From Candidatus Bathyarchaeota archaeon (GTDB taxonomy: Archaea; Thermoproteota; Bathyarchaeia; Bathyarchaeales; Bathycorpusculaceae): DNA of 64,000 bases. The translations under genes were made by a program, and so were the position numbers. Below the pieces are notes generated by a model. That model did not search any database. It was not told the origin of the DNA and saw only the letters and a program-made list of their open reading frames with translations. The stretch lies in assembly GCA_963826715.1 (NCBI GenBank), contig CAWGYA010000008.1:1216001-1280000 (forward strand), given 5' to 3'. Of this stretch, positions 19,215-29,020 are shown one piece after another (the stretch's first letter is position 1; each line of letters begins with the position of its first letter).

Positions 19215-20185
19215 GTTTTCCAACGATACGAATGCGTAGGTTGCGCAGAACACAGGCTATGCGTGACATGCTAAACCAGATTACACTCAACCCAGCACAT
19301 TTAATTTACCCAATTTTTGTTGAGGAAGGCATCAAAAAGCCAGTTCCAATTGGCTCTATGCCCGGGTATTCACGATTGCCTCTCTCTCTGGTTGCAGAGG
19401 AAGGAAAAGCAGCCTTGGCGCAAGGCGTCAAGAGCGTTTTGCTCTTTGGTATCCCCGCCAAAAAAGATGAGGCGGGCACCTCTGCACACGCCGAAAACGG
19501 TGTTGTACAGCAAGCTGTCCGCGAACTCAAAAAAACATGCGGTGACGAACTAGTTGTTATCGGGGATGTATGCCTTTGCGAATACATGAGCCACGGTCAC
19601 TGCGGAATCGTCAAAAACGGAGAAGTACAAAACGACCCCACACTTGAGCTTTTAGGTAGAATTGCTGTGAGCTATGCCGAAGCAGGCGTCGACATTGTAG
19701 CGCCATCCGCTATGATGGACGGGCAAATCGCAGCCATCCGCGAAGCCCTAGACGAAACAGGGCACGAACAAATCCCAATAATCGCATACGCAGCCAAGTA
19801 CGCCTCTAGCTTTTACGGCCCCTTCCGTGAGGCAGCCGAATCCACACCCAAATTCGGTAACCGACGTAGCTACCAGATGAGCCAAAGCAGTCAACAAGAG
19901 GCAATGCGTGAAATGGAACTCGACATCGAGGAAGGCGCCGACATGATAATGGTGAAACCCGCCCTTGCATATTTTGACATAATCGCTCTTGCAAAAGCTA
20001 ACTTTAATGTGCCCATTGTAGCCTACAACGTAAGCGGTGAGTTCAGCATGGTCAAAGCCGCAGCTCAAAACGGGTGGATAGACGAAAAAACCCTAATTCG
20101 AGAAATTCTCATCGGCATGAAACGTGCAGGCGCAGACCTAATAATCACCTACCACGCTAAAGACGCAAAATCATGGTTGACATAA
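19211..20185 (+). CDS. hemB: Porphobilinogen synthase
   Basis: RMRRLR, DVCLCEYMSHGHCG, SAMMDG, MVKPA, YNVSGE. Confidence 0.97.
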   Translation: MSFPTIRMRRLRRTQAMRDMLNQITLNPAHLIYPIFVEEGIKKPVPIGSMPGYSRLPLSLVAEEGKAALAQGVKSVLLFGIPAKKDEAGTSAHAENGVVQQAVRELKKTCGDELVVIGDVCLCEYMSHGHCGIVKNGEVQNDPTLELLGRIAVSYAEAGVDIVAPSAMMDGQIAAIREALDETGHEQIPIIAYAAKYASSFYGPFREAAESTPKFGNRRSYQMSQSSQQEAMREMELDIEEGADMIMVKPALAYFDIIALAKANFNVPIVAYNVSGEFSMVKAAAQNGWIDEKTLIREILIGMKRAGADLIITYHAKDAKSWLT

Positions 20186-21481
20186 ATGAGCGAATCCAAA
20201 TCCAAAACCCTATTTGAGCGAGCCAAAAAAACCTTGCCCGGCGGCGTAAACAGCCCCGTTCGAGCATTTGATCCTTACCCCTTCTTTGTTGAGTACGCCC
20301 AAGGCTCCAAACTCTACGACGTAGACGGCAAATCCTACGTTGACTACTGTATGGCTTATGGCGCTATGCTTCTGGGACATGCAAACAGCGAAATCCTTGA
20401 AGCCGTTAGAGCACAGCTTCCAAAAGGCACACTCTATGGTATCCCAACAGAGCTTGAAGTAGCCTTCGCAGAGGAAATCAGCAAAGCATCGCCCTGCATG
20501 GAAATGATGCGACTTGTAAATTCGGGTACAGAAGCCACCATGAGTGCCGTGAGAGCAGCAAGAGGCTACACTAACCGGAAAAAAATCATAAAGTTTGAGG
20601 GCTGTTTCCACGGTAGCCACGACAACGTGCTTGTCAAGGCAGGCTCAGGTGCAACGACTTTTGGTACACCGACTTCGCTTGGTGTCCCCGAGGAGACAAC
20701 GCGGAACACGATTGTGTTGCCCTACAACGACGTTGAAGCTTTAGAATTCACTTTTAAGGTTGAGGGTAGCGATATTGCAGCGTTGATAACTGAACCGGTA
20801 ATGGGTAACGTTGGTTTAATTCTGCCCAAAAAAGACTACCTTCAAGCTCTTAGAAAAATCACCGCTGAAAACGGTACTGTACTGATTTTTGACGAAATCA
20901 TCACAGGCTTCCGCCTCGCATTTGGCGGCGCGCAGGAATACTTCGGCGTGAAACCTGATATGGCGACCCTTGGCAAAGTTTTGGGCGGCGGTTTCCCACT
21001 GGCAGCGTTTGGCGGTAAACGTGAAATCATGCAGAACATAAGCCCAATAGGCAAAGTCTACCAAGCCGGTACGTTCAGCGGAAACCCCGTTTCTGCAACC
21101 GCAGGCTTCACAATTCTTAAAATTCTTAAACAAAAGAAAAACAACATTTATCCAAGACTTGAAAAGAACGCCACTGAACTCAAAAAAGCACTAACTGATC
21201 TCGCTGTAACCCACAAAATAGATGCCAAAGTCTATAGCCTTGCATCGCTCTACCAAATCTTCTTTACCGCCCAACCCATCGTTGACTGTGCCTGCGCGAA
21301 AACTTCTGATATCCAAAAGTTCTCAGCATACTTTCAAGAACTCCTACGCCAAGGTGTATTCATCCCTCCAGCACAGTTCGAAACCTGCTTTGTTTCCGCA
21401 GCTCACACCGAAGAAGACATACAATTCACTATCGCTGCTTTCGATAAGGCGTTGGCGGCAGCTGCTAAAATGGGGCAATAA
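20186..21481 (+). CDS. hemL: Glutamate-1-semialdehyde 2,1-aminomutase
   Basis: PGGVNSPVRAF, NSGTEATM, FDEIITGFR, GKVLGGG, QAGTFSGNP. Confidence 0.97.
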   Translation: MSESKSKTLFERAKKTLPGGVNSPVRAFDPYPFFVEYAQGSKLYDVDGKSYVDYCMAYGAMLLGHANSEILEAVRAQLPKGTLYGIPTELEVAFAEEISKASPCMEMMRLVNSGTEATMSAVRAARGYTNRKKIIKFEGCFHGSHDNVLVKAGSGATTFGTPTSLGVPEETTRNTIVLPYNDVEALEFTFKVEGSDIAALITEPVMGNVGLILPKKDYLQALRKITAENGTVLIFDEIITGFRLAFGGAQEYFGVKPDMATLGKVLGGGFPLAAFGGKREIMQNISPIGKVYQAGTFSGNPVSATAGFTILKILKQKKNNIYPRLEKNATELKKALTDLAVTHKIDAKVYSLASLYQIFFTAQPIVDCACAKTSDIQKFSAYFQELLRQGVFIPPAQFETCFVSAAHTEEDIQFTIAAFDKALAAAAKMGQ

Positions 21482-21483
21482 TT

Positions 21484-22419
21484 ATGAAGCTAGTCGTTGG
21501 TACGCGGGGCAGCAAACTGGCTTTGGCACAGACAAACCGTACGCTGGATTGGATTAAAACCAAAAACCCAACTGTTGAGTTTGAATTAAAAATCATCCAC
21601 ACAATGGGCGACAAAGAACACGGTAAACCCCTCTTTAGCATTGATTGCAAAGGGATTTTCGAGAAAGAAATCGACCAAGAAGTTTTCGCAGGTAAAGTAG
21701 ACTTTGCGGTGCATAGCCTAAAAGATGTCCCCATTATGGAGCAGGAGAGAGGCACGGTTTTGGCGTCGATTCCTAAGCGGGATTCTCCTTGTGACGTGTT
21801 CATTTCCAAAAATAACGTTAAACTATTAGACTTACCCCAAGGGGCAGTGGTCGGAACTGGTAGCCTACGGCGTCTCGCAGAAATCAAGTACCTCCGCCCA
21901 GACCTTGAAGTAGCTCCCATCCGAGGCAACATCGATACGCGCATCGGCAAAGTCCGCAAAGGAGAAATTGCAGGAATAGTGCTCGCCGAAGCAGGTTTGG
22001 AACGCATGAATATCATTGACGAGATGGCTGAGCGCCTTCCACTTGATCAGTTTCCCTCGGCGGCCGGGCAAGGGGCTATAGCCATAGTCGCCAAAGAAGG
22101 CAACAGCGAAGTTATCAAAATTTTGCAGTCCGTTGAAGATAAGGCGACGGGGGCTGAAATCACCGCAGAACGCAGTTTAGTGCTTAAGCTGGAGGGCGGA
22201 TGCCGAGTTCCAATCGGCGCAGTAGGAAAAGTAGAGGGTGATTGTCTCACGCTTTATGGCAGCGTTTTCGCGCTCAATGGCAGAAAAAAAATTAGCGCCT
22301 CCGCCAGTGGTACTATTGCCCAAGCAGAAGAAGTTGGTGCTAAAGTCGGCGAAGACCTAATCAAGCAGGGCGCACAAGACTTCGAGAAAGAGTGGAGAGA
22401 AAAGTATGGCGTATGGTAA
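21484..22419 (+). CDS. hemC: Hydroxymethylbilane synthase (porphobilinogen deaminase)
   Basis: GTRGSKLA, VHSLKD, GTGSLRR, RGNIDTR, GGCRVPIG. Confidence 0.97.
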   Translation: MKLVVGTRGSKLALAQTNRTLDWIKTKNPTVEFELKIIHTMGDKEHGKPLFSIDCKGIFEKEIDQEVFAGKVDFAVHSLKDVPIMEQERGTVLASIPKRDSPCDVFISKNNVKLLDLPQGAVVGTGSLRRLAEIKYLRPDLEVAPIRGNIDTRIGKVRKGEIAGIVLAEAGLERMNIIDEMAERLPLDQFPSAAGQGAIAIVAKEGNSEVIKILQSVEDKATGAEITAERSLVLKLEGGCRVPIGAVGKVEGDCLTLYGSVFALNGRKKISASASGTIAQAEEVGAKVGEDLIKQGAQDFEKEWREKYGVW

Positions 22420-23164
22420 AGTCTACTTGGTAGGCTCCGGTCCCGGTGACCCTCAGCTGCTCACGATTAAAGCAGTAAAGCTGCTCAAGGAGGCAGACGT
22501 TGTAATATATGATAGGCTTGGTGTCAGTGAAGACATTCTCTGTTTAGCGCCCGACAATGCCGAACGAATATTTGTTGGTAAACGCACAGGCCTGCATGAG
22601 GTGCCACAGGACAAAATCACCGAAATCATTATCCAGAAAGCCAAAGAAGGCGGAAAAATTGTGCGCCTCAAAGGGGGCGACCCTTTCATCTTCGGTAGAG
22701 GCGGGGAAGAAGCCGAAGCGCTCATTGCGGAAGGCATAGAGTTCGAAATAGTCCCGGGAGTTAGCTCAGCTGTGGCTGCTCCAATGTATGCAGGCATACC
22801 TCTTACTCACCGAGACTACGCAGCATCCGTGGCAATCATAACAGGTCACCGAGCAGGTGACGCAGAAAAACCGATTGACTGGGTAAAAATCGCCAACGCA
22901 GTCGACACCATGGTTATCTTGATGGGTGTGGAATCACTCAATGGTATAGTTACCAAATTGCTCTATGGTGGTGTTAGTCCAGAAAAACCTGTTGCTGTGG
23001 TCGAATCAGGTACTTACTCCACACAGCGAACCCTAATCGCCAACTTGGGCACCATTGTGAAGGAAGCTGAAGCTAAAAATATCAAACCCCCCTCCGTTAT
23101 AGTCATTGGTGAAGTCGCCGAATTAGGCAGGAAACTTTCATGGTTCAAAAAACCCCTATCCTAA
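22406..23164 (+). CDS. cobA: Uroporphyrinogen-III C-methyltransferase
   Basis: GSGPGDP, RLKGGDPFIFGRGGEE, AGIPLTHR. Confidence 0.96.
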   Translation: MAYGKVYLVGSGPGDPQLLTIKAVKLLKEADVVIYDRLGVSEDILCLAPDNAERIFVGKRTGLHEVPQDKITEIIIQKAKEGGKIVRLKGGDPFIFGRGGEEAEALIAEGIEFEIVPGVSSAVAAPMYAGIPLTHRDYAASVAIITGHRAGDAEKPIDWVKIANAVDTMVILMGVESLNGIVTKLLYGGVSPEKPVAVVESGTYSTQRTLIANLGTIVKEAEAKNIKPPSVIVIGEVAELGRKLSWFKKPLS

Positions 23165-23964
23165 AGGGTCGTGTTGTTGCCATCACCCGTCCCACAGGAC
23201 AGGCGGAAGAAGCAGGCGTACTAATCAAGGAAATGGGCGGTATTCCTTATTATATTCCAGCCATCGAAATTAAGGGCTTAAGCAATCCTGAATCAGTTAC
23301 AAATTTCGTTGCTGAACTCTGTGCAGGGCAGGTTGACTTTGTTGTTTTGATGAGCACCAACGGCGTTAAGTACCTGTTTGCTGCGGCAGAAGAAATCGGG
23401 CAAACCCATCAGCTTCGTGAGGGTTTAACAAAGAGCTGTGTGATTGCTGTGGGACCAAAAACTGCTGAAGCCATGGAGCAGCACGGCTTGCGGGTGGATT
23501 TAGTGCCACAGAAATACAGTGGCGAAGGTCTCCTAGAAGCTCTCAAAGACACTGACTTGACGGACAAAAAAATCCGCATGCCAAGAACCAGCAACGCCCC
23601 ACCAGTGCTCAGTGACGCCCTTAAAGCCAGAGGCGCGGACGTCGAGGAAATTTATGTTTACGAGTCTGGGCTGCCAGTGGATGAGGGATTGAAAACCAAA
23701 TTCTACGAGGATTTGACTTCTGGTCGGATTGATGCGGTGCTCTTCGGTAGCGGGCTGAGTGCCAAAAACATCTTTAAAATGCTCACGGAAAAAGCCCCGT
23801 TGGAGACGTTACGCAAAGTCCTCGCCGAAAAAATAGCAGTCGTCGCCATCGGACCCACCACCGCCCATGCCCTGCAAGAACTCGAAGTCAAAGTTGACGT
23901 GATACCGCAGGACTACCTCTTTGAGAGTGCCCTGTCCGCGTTAGTTGAGTATTGGCACACTTAA
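23140..23964 (+). CDS. hemD: Uroporphyrinogen-III synthase
   Basis: AITRP, STNGV, AVGPKTA, VYES, AIGPTTA. Confidence 0.93.
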   Translation: MVQKTPILKGRVVAITRPTGQAEEAGVLIKEMGGIPYYIPAIEIKGLSNPESVTNFVAELCAGQVDFVVLMSTNGVKYLFAAAEEIGQTHQLREGLTKSCVIAVGPKTAEAMEQHGLRVDLVPQKYSGEGLLEALKDTDLTDKKIRMPRTSNAPPVLSDALKARGADVEEIYVYESGLPVDEGLKTKFYEDLTSGRIDAVLFGSGLSAKNIFKMLTEKAPLETLRKVLAEKIAVVAIGPTTAHALQELEVKVDVIPQDYLFESALSALVEYWHT

Positions 23965-24067
23965 CCCTTTTCTGTTTTTTTGGTTGCACCCTTATAGTCA
24001 CTTACGCTTTAAACCGGTAATCGCCACTAATAAAACAGTAAAATAACGCTTTTTAGGAGGTGGAAGT

Positions 24068-24178
24068 ATGGCCACAGACAAAAGCCAGGATGGAGCGTTA
24101 AATCAATCCAGCCGCCCTGGAACTCATCAAAGAGAACTGAGTCAATTGAGGGATTTTGCATCTAAGATTAACCTGTGA
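24068..24178 (+). CDS. Possible 36-aa small ORF (MATDKSQDG...)
   Basis: Strong GGAGGTGG RBS just upstream; no recognisable domain. Confidence 0.3.
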   Translation: MATDKSQDGALNQSSRPGTHQRELSQLRDFASKINL

Positions 24179-24259
24179 GGAGTTGGGGAAGGCAAGATGG
24201 ACGAGGGTCAACACACTATATGGGTAATGATGCATCATCGTCTTTTAAAATAGCCCAGT

Positions 24260-25039
24260 CTATAGATAATCGCTGTTAAATGCGGGTTCATTTGCGACAG
24301 ACGCGATGACCTTCGCGGCGAAATCTTCCTGCTCTTTTTCTCCGCTAACGGCTATCCAAACTGAGCCTTCTGCACCGCAGACGCCTCCAGAGGCAATTAA
24401 CTCAACGTTTGCTGCGGTTAGCGCTGCCAAAGCATCCAGCTCCGTGAAGACTTCTGCTGCGGGAAGCGGCATCAGACGGTAACCTCCTGCGTTTGGGGCA
24501 TTTAGCTTTGTCGTGAGCTTGGTTAGGTCGCCTTCGATACGTTTCTCTAAGCCCACAGGAACAATTAGGCGCACCCGCCGCCCTACAATGGCTGGAACAG
24601 CCAAGCCGATGGTTCCTGCTTTGGGGTGACCGACAAGAACCGCCGCCTGCCTGCGAGGCAAATCTAATGCGTTGGCTCCTTTCACAATAACGTCGCCTTC
24701 GCTGAGCCTATCCACTACGTCCTCGAGCCTCTGGTCTCTATGCCACACGCAATGGTCAATTACGACATCCCCTGGGAATTTGCTTTCATCCGCCAGTCGC
24801 CCCTCAGTTGTGACAGGCAGATTTGGAGGTAAATTTAGACCTCGGAAGAAGTGTTTTCTTGAGAAGTCGTTTGCGATTTTGTGGGTTTTTAGAATTTCTT
24901 CAGCTACATAGCCGTTGGTTGTTCCAGCAACGATTACGGTTGTTCCGTGTTTTAAGGCTTTTTTTATGGCGGGGTGGTTTGCGATTGTTTTTGCAATAAG
25001 GCGTTTCCCGGCTGAGGGGGTTATTAGGAATTGTTTCAA
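24260..25039 (-). CDS. Conserved hypothetical protein
   Basis: Long ORF with GTTNGYV, KGANA, VPVGLEK and GGVCGAEG motifs typical of an uncharacterised anaerobe/archaeal family. Confidence 0.8.
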   Translation of the reverse strand: MKQFLITPSAGKRLIAKTIANHPAIKKALKHGTTVIVAGTTNGYVAEEILKTHKIANDFSRKHFFRGLNLPPNLPVTTEGRLADESKFPGDVVIDHCVWHRDQRLEDVVDRLSEGDVIVKGANALDLPRRQAAVLVGHPKAGTIGLAVPAIVGRRVRLIVPVGLEKRIEGDLTKLTTKLNAPNAGGYRLMPLPAAEVFTELDALAALTAANVELIASGGVCGAEGSVWIAVSGEKEQEDFAAKVIASVANEPAFNSDYL

Positions 25040-25293
25040 GGGGTTAGATCTCCTTTACTTCTGTATCTGGTTGTTGGATATTATAAGAATATAGTGTAAA
25101 TGCCCGCCACTATTCTGTTGCTTATTTTTGTTTATCAGTTTCTAATAATCAAAATAATTAAGCTTGACCTAACTTAGCAAAAAACTAAAGAATAACTACA
25201 TTTCTGATCCAATAGACTCAAAAAAATGATCAAGAAATTACAAAAAATAAAAAAGAAAATTTGAACTAACTCGAAAGATGAATAAGCTTACGC

Positions 25294-25437
25294 TTAATAT
25301 CTTCGTGGTGGTCTACGTTTAGAGTAGCATTCTCGGCAGTAAACTGGCCTTGTACCGTCCGGCTTGAAAGGAACATCGCATTCTTTTCCGCAGTCGGCAC
25401 AAGTTGCCTTGTGCATCTCTCTGTTACCATATGACAT
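25294..25437 (-). CDS. CxxC-x17-CxxC zinc-ribbon micro-protein (47 aa)
   Basis: MSYGNREMHKATCADCGKECDVPFKPDGTRPVYCRECYSKRRPPRRY; GGAAGTGA RBS; absent from the ORF track. Confidence 0.9.
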   Translation of the reverse strand: MSYGNREMHKATCADCGKECDVPFKPDGTRPVYCRECYSKRRPPRRY

Positions 25438-25723
25438 TTCGCTATTTCACTTCCTACTTACTTGCTGTGTAGAAATTTCTCTCTGCACATTACCCCACAT
25501 AGACCAACTCGATACTTATAAATTGCGTGCTTTCTAAAGGGGAATTAAACGTGTGAAAAGCACTCTTTCAAAGATTTGGATGTTGACAACCAGTGATACA
25601 ATCAATAGTCAACCTAATATAGGAAGGATCCACATATACAGAAGTTATTCAATCGAGAAAAAGAAGGCATACGGCTTAACCCTTGGCTTTTTCTCATATT
25701 TCAATAGGGCAAGAGAAGGCAAA

Positions 25724-26368
25724 TTGAGACAGAAAAAATCAACTTTAGGCGAACATTTAGCTTTACTTTCCGTAAAATACAACGTTTACCCCAACGAAGT
25801 CTTCCAGGCTCTTGTTTTAGCTAGTAAAAATGAGAAAGCAGTCTGCGGTAATCTCTCCATAGAGTACCGTGGCAAAGTAAAAGGCGAAACCATTTTTCTT
25901 ATCACCAAAGACAGCGATGTTGTTGCACAATTCCGTGTTCAAGAAGAATTTCTGCTCCGAAAGGACAATCCATTCGAAAGCTGGATGAATACTGATAAAA
26001 TCAAGAAAAAACTTGCAAAGCAAAATACTGAATCAGTTTACAGTCACATTCGAGATCTTCGGGCGGGCATGAAACATATTAACCTAAAAGCTAAAGTTCT
26101 GGAAGTCCCCAAACCAGCGCAGGTCCATACTCAATTTGGTAATACTGTTATGGTTGTAAACGCTCTTGTTGGTGATGGTTCTGATAAAATAAAACTCTGC
26201 CTCTGGGAAGGACAAATAAGTGGCATTACAATAGGAGACAGTATTGAACTCAAGAACGGGCAGGTCTGTGTTTTCCGAGGCGAAAAGCAGTTGCGCTTGG
26301 GCAAGAGCGGATCGCTTTGTGTTCTTGCGCATGATCAACATGTTAAGCCGCTAGCAACCGTCCGTTAA
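25724..26368 (+). CDS. OB-fold (SSB/RPA-like) protein with additional N-terminal domain
   Basis: C-terminal IRDLRAGMKHINLKAKVLE...VGDGSDKIKLCLW...IELKNG..FRGEKQLRLGK; TTG at 25724 is the likely start. Confidence 0.8.
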   Translation: MRQKKSTLGEHLALLSVKYNVYPNEVFQALVLASKNEKAVCGNLSIEYRGKVKGETIFLITKDSDVVAQFRVQEEFLLRKDNPFESWMNTDKIKKKLAKQNTESVYSHIRDLRAGMKHINLKAKVLEVPKPAQVHTQFGNTVMVVNALVGDGSDKIKLCLWEGQISGITIGDSIELKNGQVCVFRGEKQLRLGKSGSLCVLAHDQHVKPLATVR

Positions 26369-26863
26369 GCAAGCAAGTTCAATTCCCTTAAAAGCTGGGC
26401 AACTTAATCCCAAATACGTGAATTTTCATGACTTCAATAAACATTGTTTTTCAGCCCATTACTTATTAAAAAACTGCTGCCACTAACAACGAGGTCAAAG
26501 AAATAACTGTTACTTCATAGCTTTTTGCTACCGATCCAGTTCTCTGAAGTTCTAACGGGCATAGAAAACTTTTCGCGTTTTTTGTGATTTTTTACTTAAT
26601 AAAATTACTAAGACAACCGCTCAATCTGTTAATTAAAATATTAGGCAGAGCTGTTTTTCCGTTAATAGGCATTTTTCGCACCCGAACAATGTTTCGCCAA
26701 ATCGCATAGTCTTACCCTTAATGGAGTTACGACAGGTTTAAGACAATGTTTTATCGGTTTGAGTACTTCGATAGGGAGCACCATCATTGAAATCGAACCC
26801 ATAAACCTGGGGTAAAGCCAGAAAACTTAAAGGCTCCCACCGTGGGGAGAAAACTCTATAACA

Positions 26864-27382
26864 CTAAATTAATTCGGCTGCACCATACCGAGAATCTATG
26901 GCTTTGAGGAGTGCTTTCCTTAGGTTCTCGCCAATGAGTGCTGTTTTTTTTAGAGCCACAACTACATCAGCTAGTTCTTTATCGTCCAATACATTGCGGA
27001 ACCAGTTCTCAAAATCGTTCCGATAGAGATGAAATTCAAGAGCGTCAGAACACACCTGCCGAGTCAGCTTATAGAACTCTTCGAGTGAAGAGGCACTAAA
27101 ACCTAGCGGTTTATTAACGCCTATATAGAACTGAAAAGTCTTATCCTCAGGCACCTGCAAGACAAAGTTGAGCGAATTTTTACCTTTGTCTGTCAAGCCG
27201 AAACCACCACCGACTCTTTGCAGGAAACCTTCAGTTGCCAATTGTTGCACCATCGCTATTGTTTGGCTAGGAGTTAAGTTGACGGCTTCTGCGAACATGT
27301 TTATGTCCATTCGGTTAGTTGCTTCATGCATGGTTTTCAAGATTTTTAGATGTGTCTCATTCAAGGATCGTCGCCTCAACAT
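26864..27382 (-). CDS. wHTH plus DUF5752-like domain protein
   Basis: N-terminal HTH; C-terminal A.SLEEF...LEFHLYRNDFENW..VL.D.ELA. Confidence 0.75.
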   Translation of the reverse strand: MLRRRSLNETHLKILKTMHEATNRMDINMFAEAVNLTPSQTIAMVQQLATEGFLQRVGGGFGLTDKGKNSLNFVLQVPEDKTFQFYIGVNKPLGFSASSLEEFYKLTRQVCSDALEFHLYRNDFENWFRNVLDDKELADVVVALKKTALIGENLRKALLKAIDSRYGAAELI

Positions 27383-27480
27383 CCATTATACAGTGGGGGC
27401 AATTTAAATGTGTTAATGCCAGTTGAAAGCAAATGATAAATTATTTTACTCTCTAAAATAACATTATCATGTGAAACTTT

Positions 27481-27804
27481 ATGATGCCCCAATTCTTAAT
27501 TGTTTTAGTCACAACCAAAGACAAGGCAGAAGCAGACAAAATTAGCCAAACCTTACTATACGAGAAGCTTATTGGATGCGCCAATATCATCAATCCCGTT
27601 TCATCTTGCTTTACTTGGGAAGGAAAGATTAACCGCGCTGAGGAATGCCTTGTTATTATGAAGTCGCGTATAGATTTATTTAAGGAGTTATCGACTCGTA
27701 TTTGTTCCTTGCATAGTTACGAGGTACCTGAGGTTTTAGCATTGCCGGTGGTTGATGGCTCAACGGATTATTTGAATTGGATGAATGCTAATCTAAAAAA
27801 ATAA
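27481..27804 (+). CDS. cutA: Divalent cation tolerance protein CutA
   Basis: LIGCANI, WEGKI, LHSYEVPEV, YLNW. Confidence 0.93.
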   Translation: MMPQFLIVLVTTKDKAEADKISQTLLYEKLIGCANIINPVSSCFTWEGKINRAEECLVIMKSRIDLFKELSTRICSLHSYEVPEVLALPVVDGSTDYLNWMNANLKK

Positions 27805-27885
27805 TCCATAAACCCAGTTTTTTCCTTCTTTAACCACTCAATTATGGTCAGTGATAAATATTGCATTTATCTATGATAAAATCAG

Positions 27886-28914
27886 ATGCAAACAATTAAA
27901 CGACATAAATTTCTGGTTACGGTTACTCTTTTGTTGAGTACAATATTGGTTTTTTCAATAGTAGTTTTCGCCCAAAATATTCCTCGAATTCTATCACCGA
28001 CTCCAACTCCCTCCCCGGCTTATTCACCGACTCAAACCCCCATCCATAGCACACCAACTTCTACGATTCCCCCAAATCCAAGCTTGACAGCTTTACCCAC
28101 GCATATTTTTACTTTTCCTCCCCCATCCCCAACATATATAATTTATCTCTACCCAGGTGAAGTCACTCAGTATTCGGGGATAAATTTAACGCCGATTTTG
28201 ACCTATTCGCAATATATCATAGAGCATCCTGATGTGGCGATTGCTGGGGCACAGTACATTGACAATGAAACCTATCGCTTGTCGATAACTGGATTAGTAG
28301 ATAATGCTCAAAGCTACACTTACCCCGAGGTAGTTGAAAACTTTAATTCGACGTTGCAAGTGGCTACACTTCCATGTGTTGAAGGCTGGAGTGTGACTAT
28401 GCTCTGGCAAGGTGTTAAAATAATGGATCTTCTCCAACAAGCAGGTGTAATGTCGAGCGCCAATACTCTTATCTTTTTTGCGTCCGATGGTTACTCCTCA
28501 TCTTTGCCGCTTCAGTACATATCCCAAAACAATATTATGATTGCCTATAAAATGAACAATGTTACTCTAACACCTCAGTTGGGTTATCCCTTCTTTTTGG
28601 TAGCTCAAAACCAATATGGTTACAAATGGGTGGAGTGGATAACTTCGATTGAAGTGTCAGATAATTCGAATTATCTCGGGTACTGGGAAAGTCGGGGCTA
28701 TCCAAATGATGCTACTGTTCAAAACTTCTCAGGGGTGCCTGAGATGTTACATGATAATCCAGTTTCCATTTCTATAGCAGTGAGCTTAATAATATTTTTA
28801 GTAGTTGGGGGTGTGTTAATTTTTTCTCAGCGATCAAAGAAGACTTCATATCAATCAGATCCAATTCGGTTCATTGATGGCAAGAAGTCTTTTGATGGAA
28901 ATGTAGTGATTTGA
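27886..28914 (+). CDS. Membrane-anchored molybdopterin-dependent oxidoreductase (sulfite oxidase/MsrP-like domain)
   Basis: TM plus P/T/S-rich linker, LPCVEGWS, DGYSSSLPL, YKMN..L..QLGYP, YGYKWVEW, GYWESRGY, C-terminal TM. Confidence 0.85.
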   Translation: MQTIKRHKFLVTVTLLLSTILVFSIVVFAQNIPRILSPTPTPSPAYSPTQTPIHSTPTSTIPPNPSLTALPTHIFTFPPPSPTYIIYLYPGEVTQYSGINLTPILTYSQYIIEHPDVAIAGAQYIDNETYRLSITGLVDNAQSYTYPEVVENFNSTLQVATLPCVEGWSVTMLWQGVKIMDLLQQAGVMSSANTLIFFASDGYSSSLPLQYISQNNIMIAYKMNNVTLTPQLGYPFFLVAQNQYGYKWVEWITSIEVSDNSNYLGYWESRGYPNDATVQNFSGVPEMLHDNPVSISIAVSLIIFLVVGGVLIFSQRSKKTSYQSDPIRFIDGKKSFDGNVVI

Positions 28915-28918
28915 TACG

Positions 28919-28956
28919 GGTACAATGTACACTAATGTGCAGATAAGCCTTAAATA
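28919..28956 (+). promoter_or_regulatory. Putative trp operator (TGTACA-like boxes) and TATA box
   Basis: GGTACA (28919-24), TGTACA (28926-31), 4 nt, TGTGCA (28936-41), then CTTAAATA (~28949-56) upstream of trpE. Confidence 0.5.
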
Positions 28957-29020
28957 ATGCGCAGAAGTATGATTGTGAACTAATGAGGCATGAACTGAAT
29001 GGGGAATCGTATTTGGCACT

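Noticed and set aside
27990-28135. P/T/S-rich repetitive stretch
   Set aside because: Ordinary low-complexity linker of a secreted archaeal protein, not a DNA repeat element.
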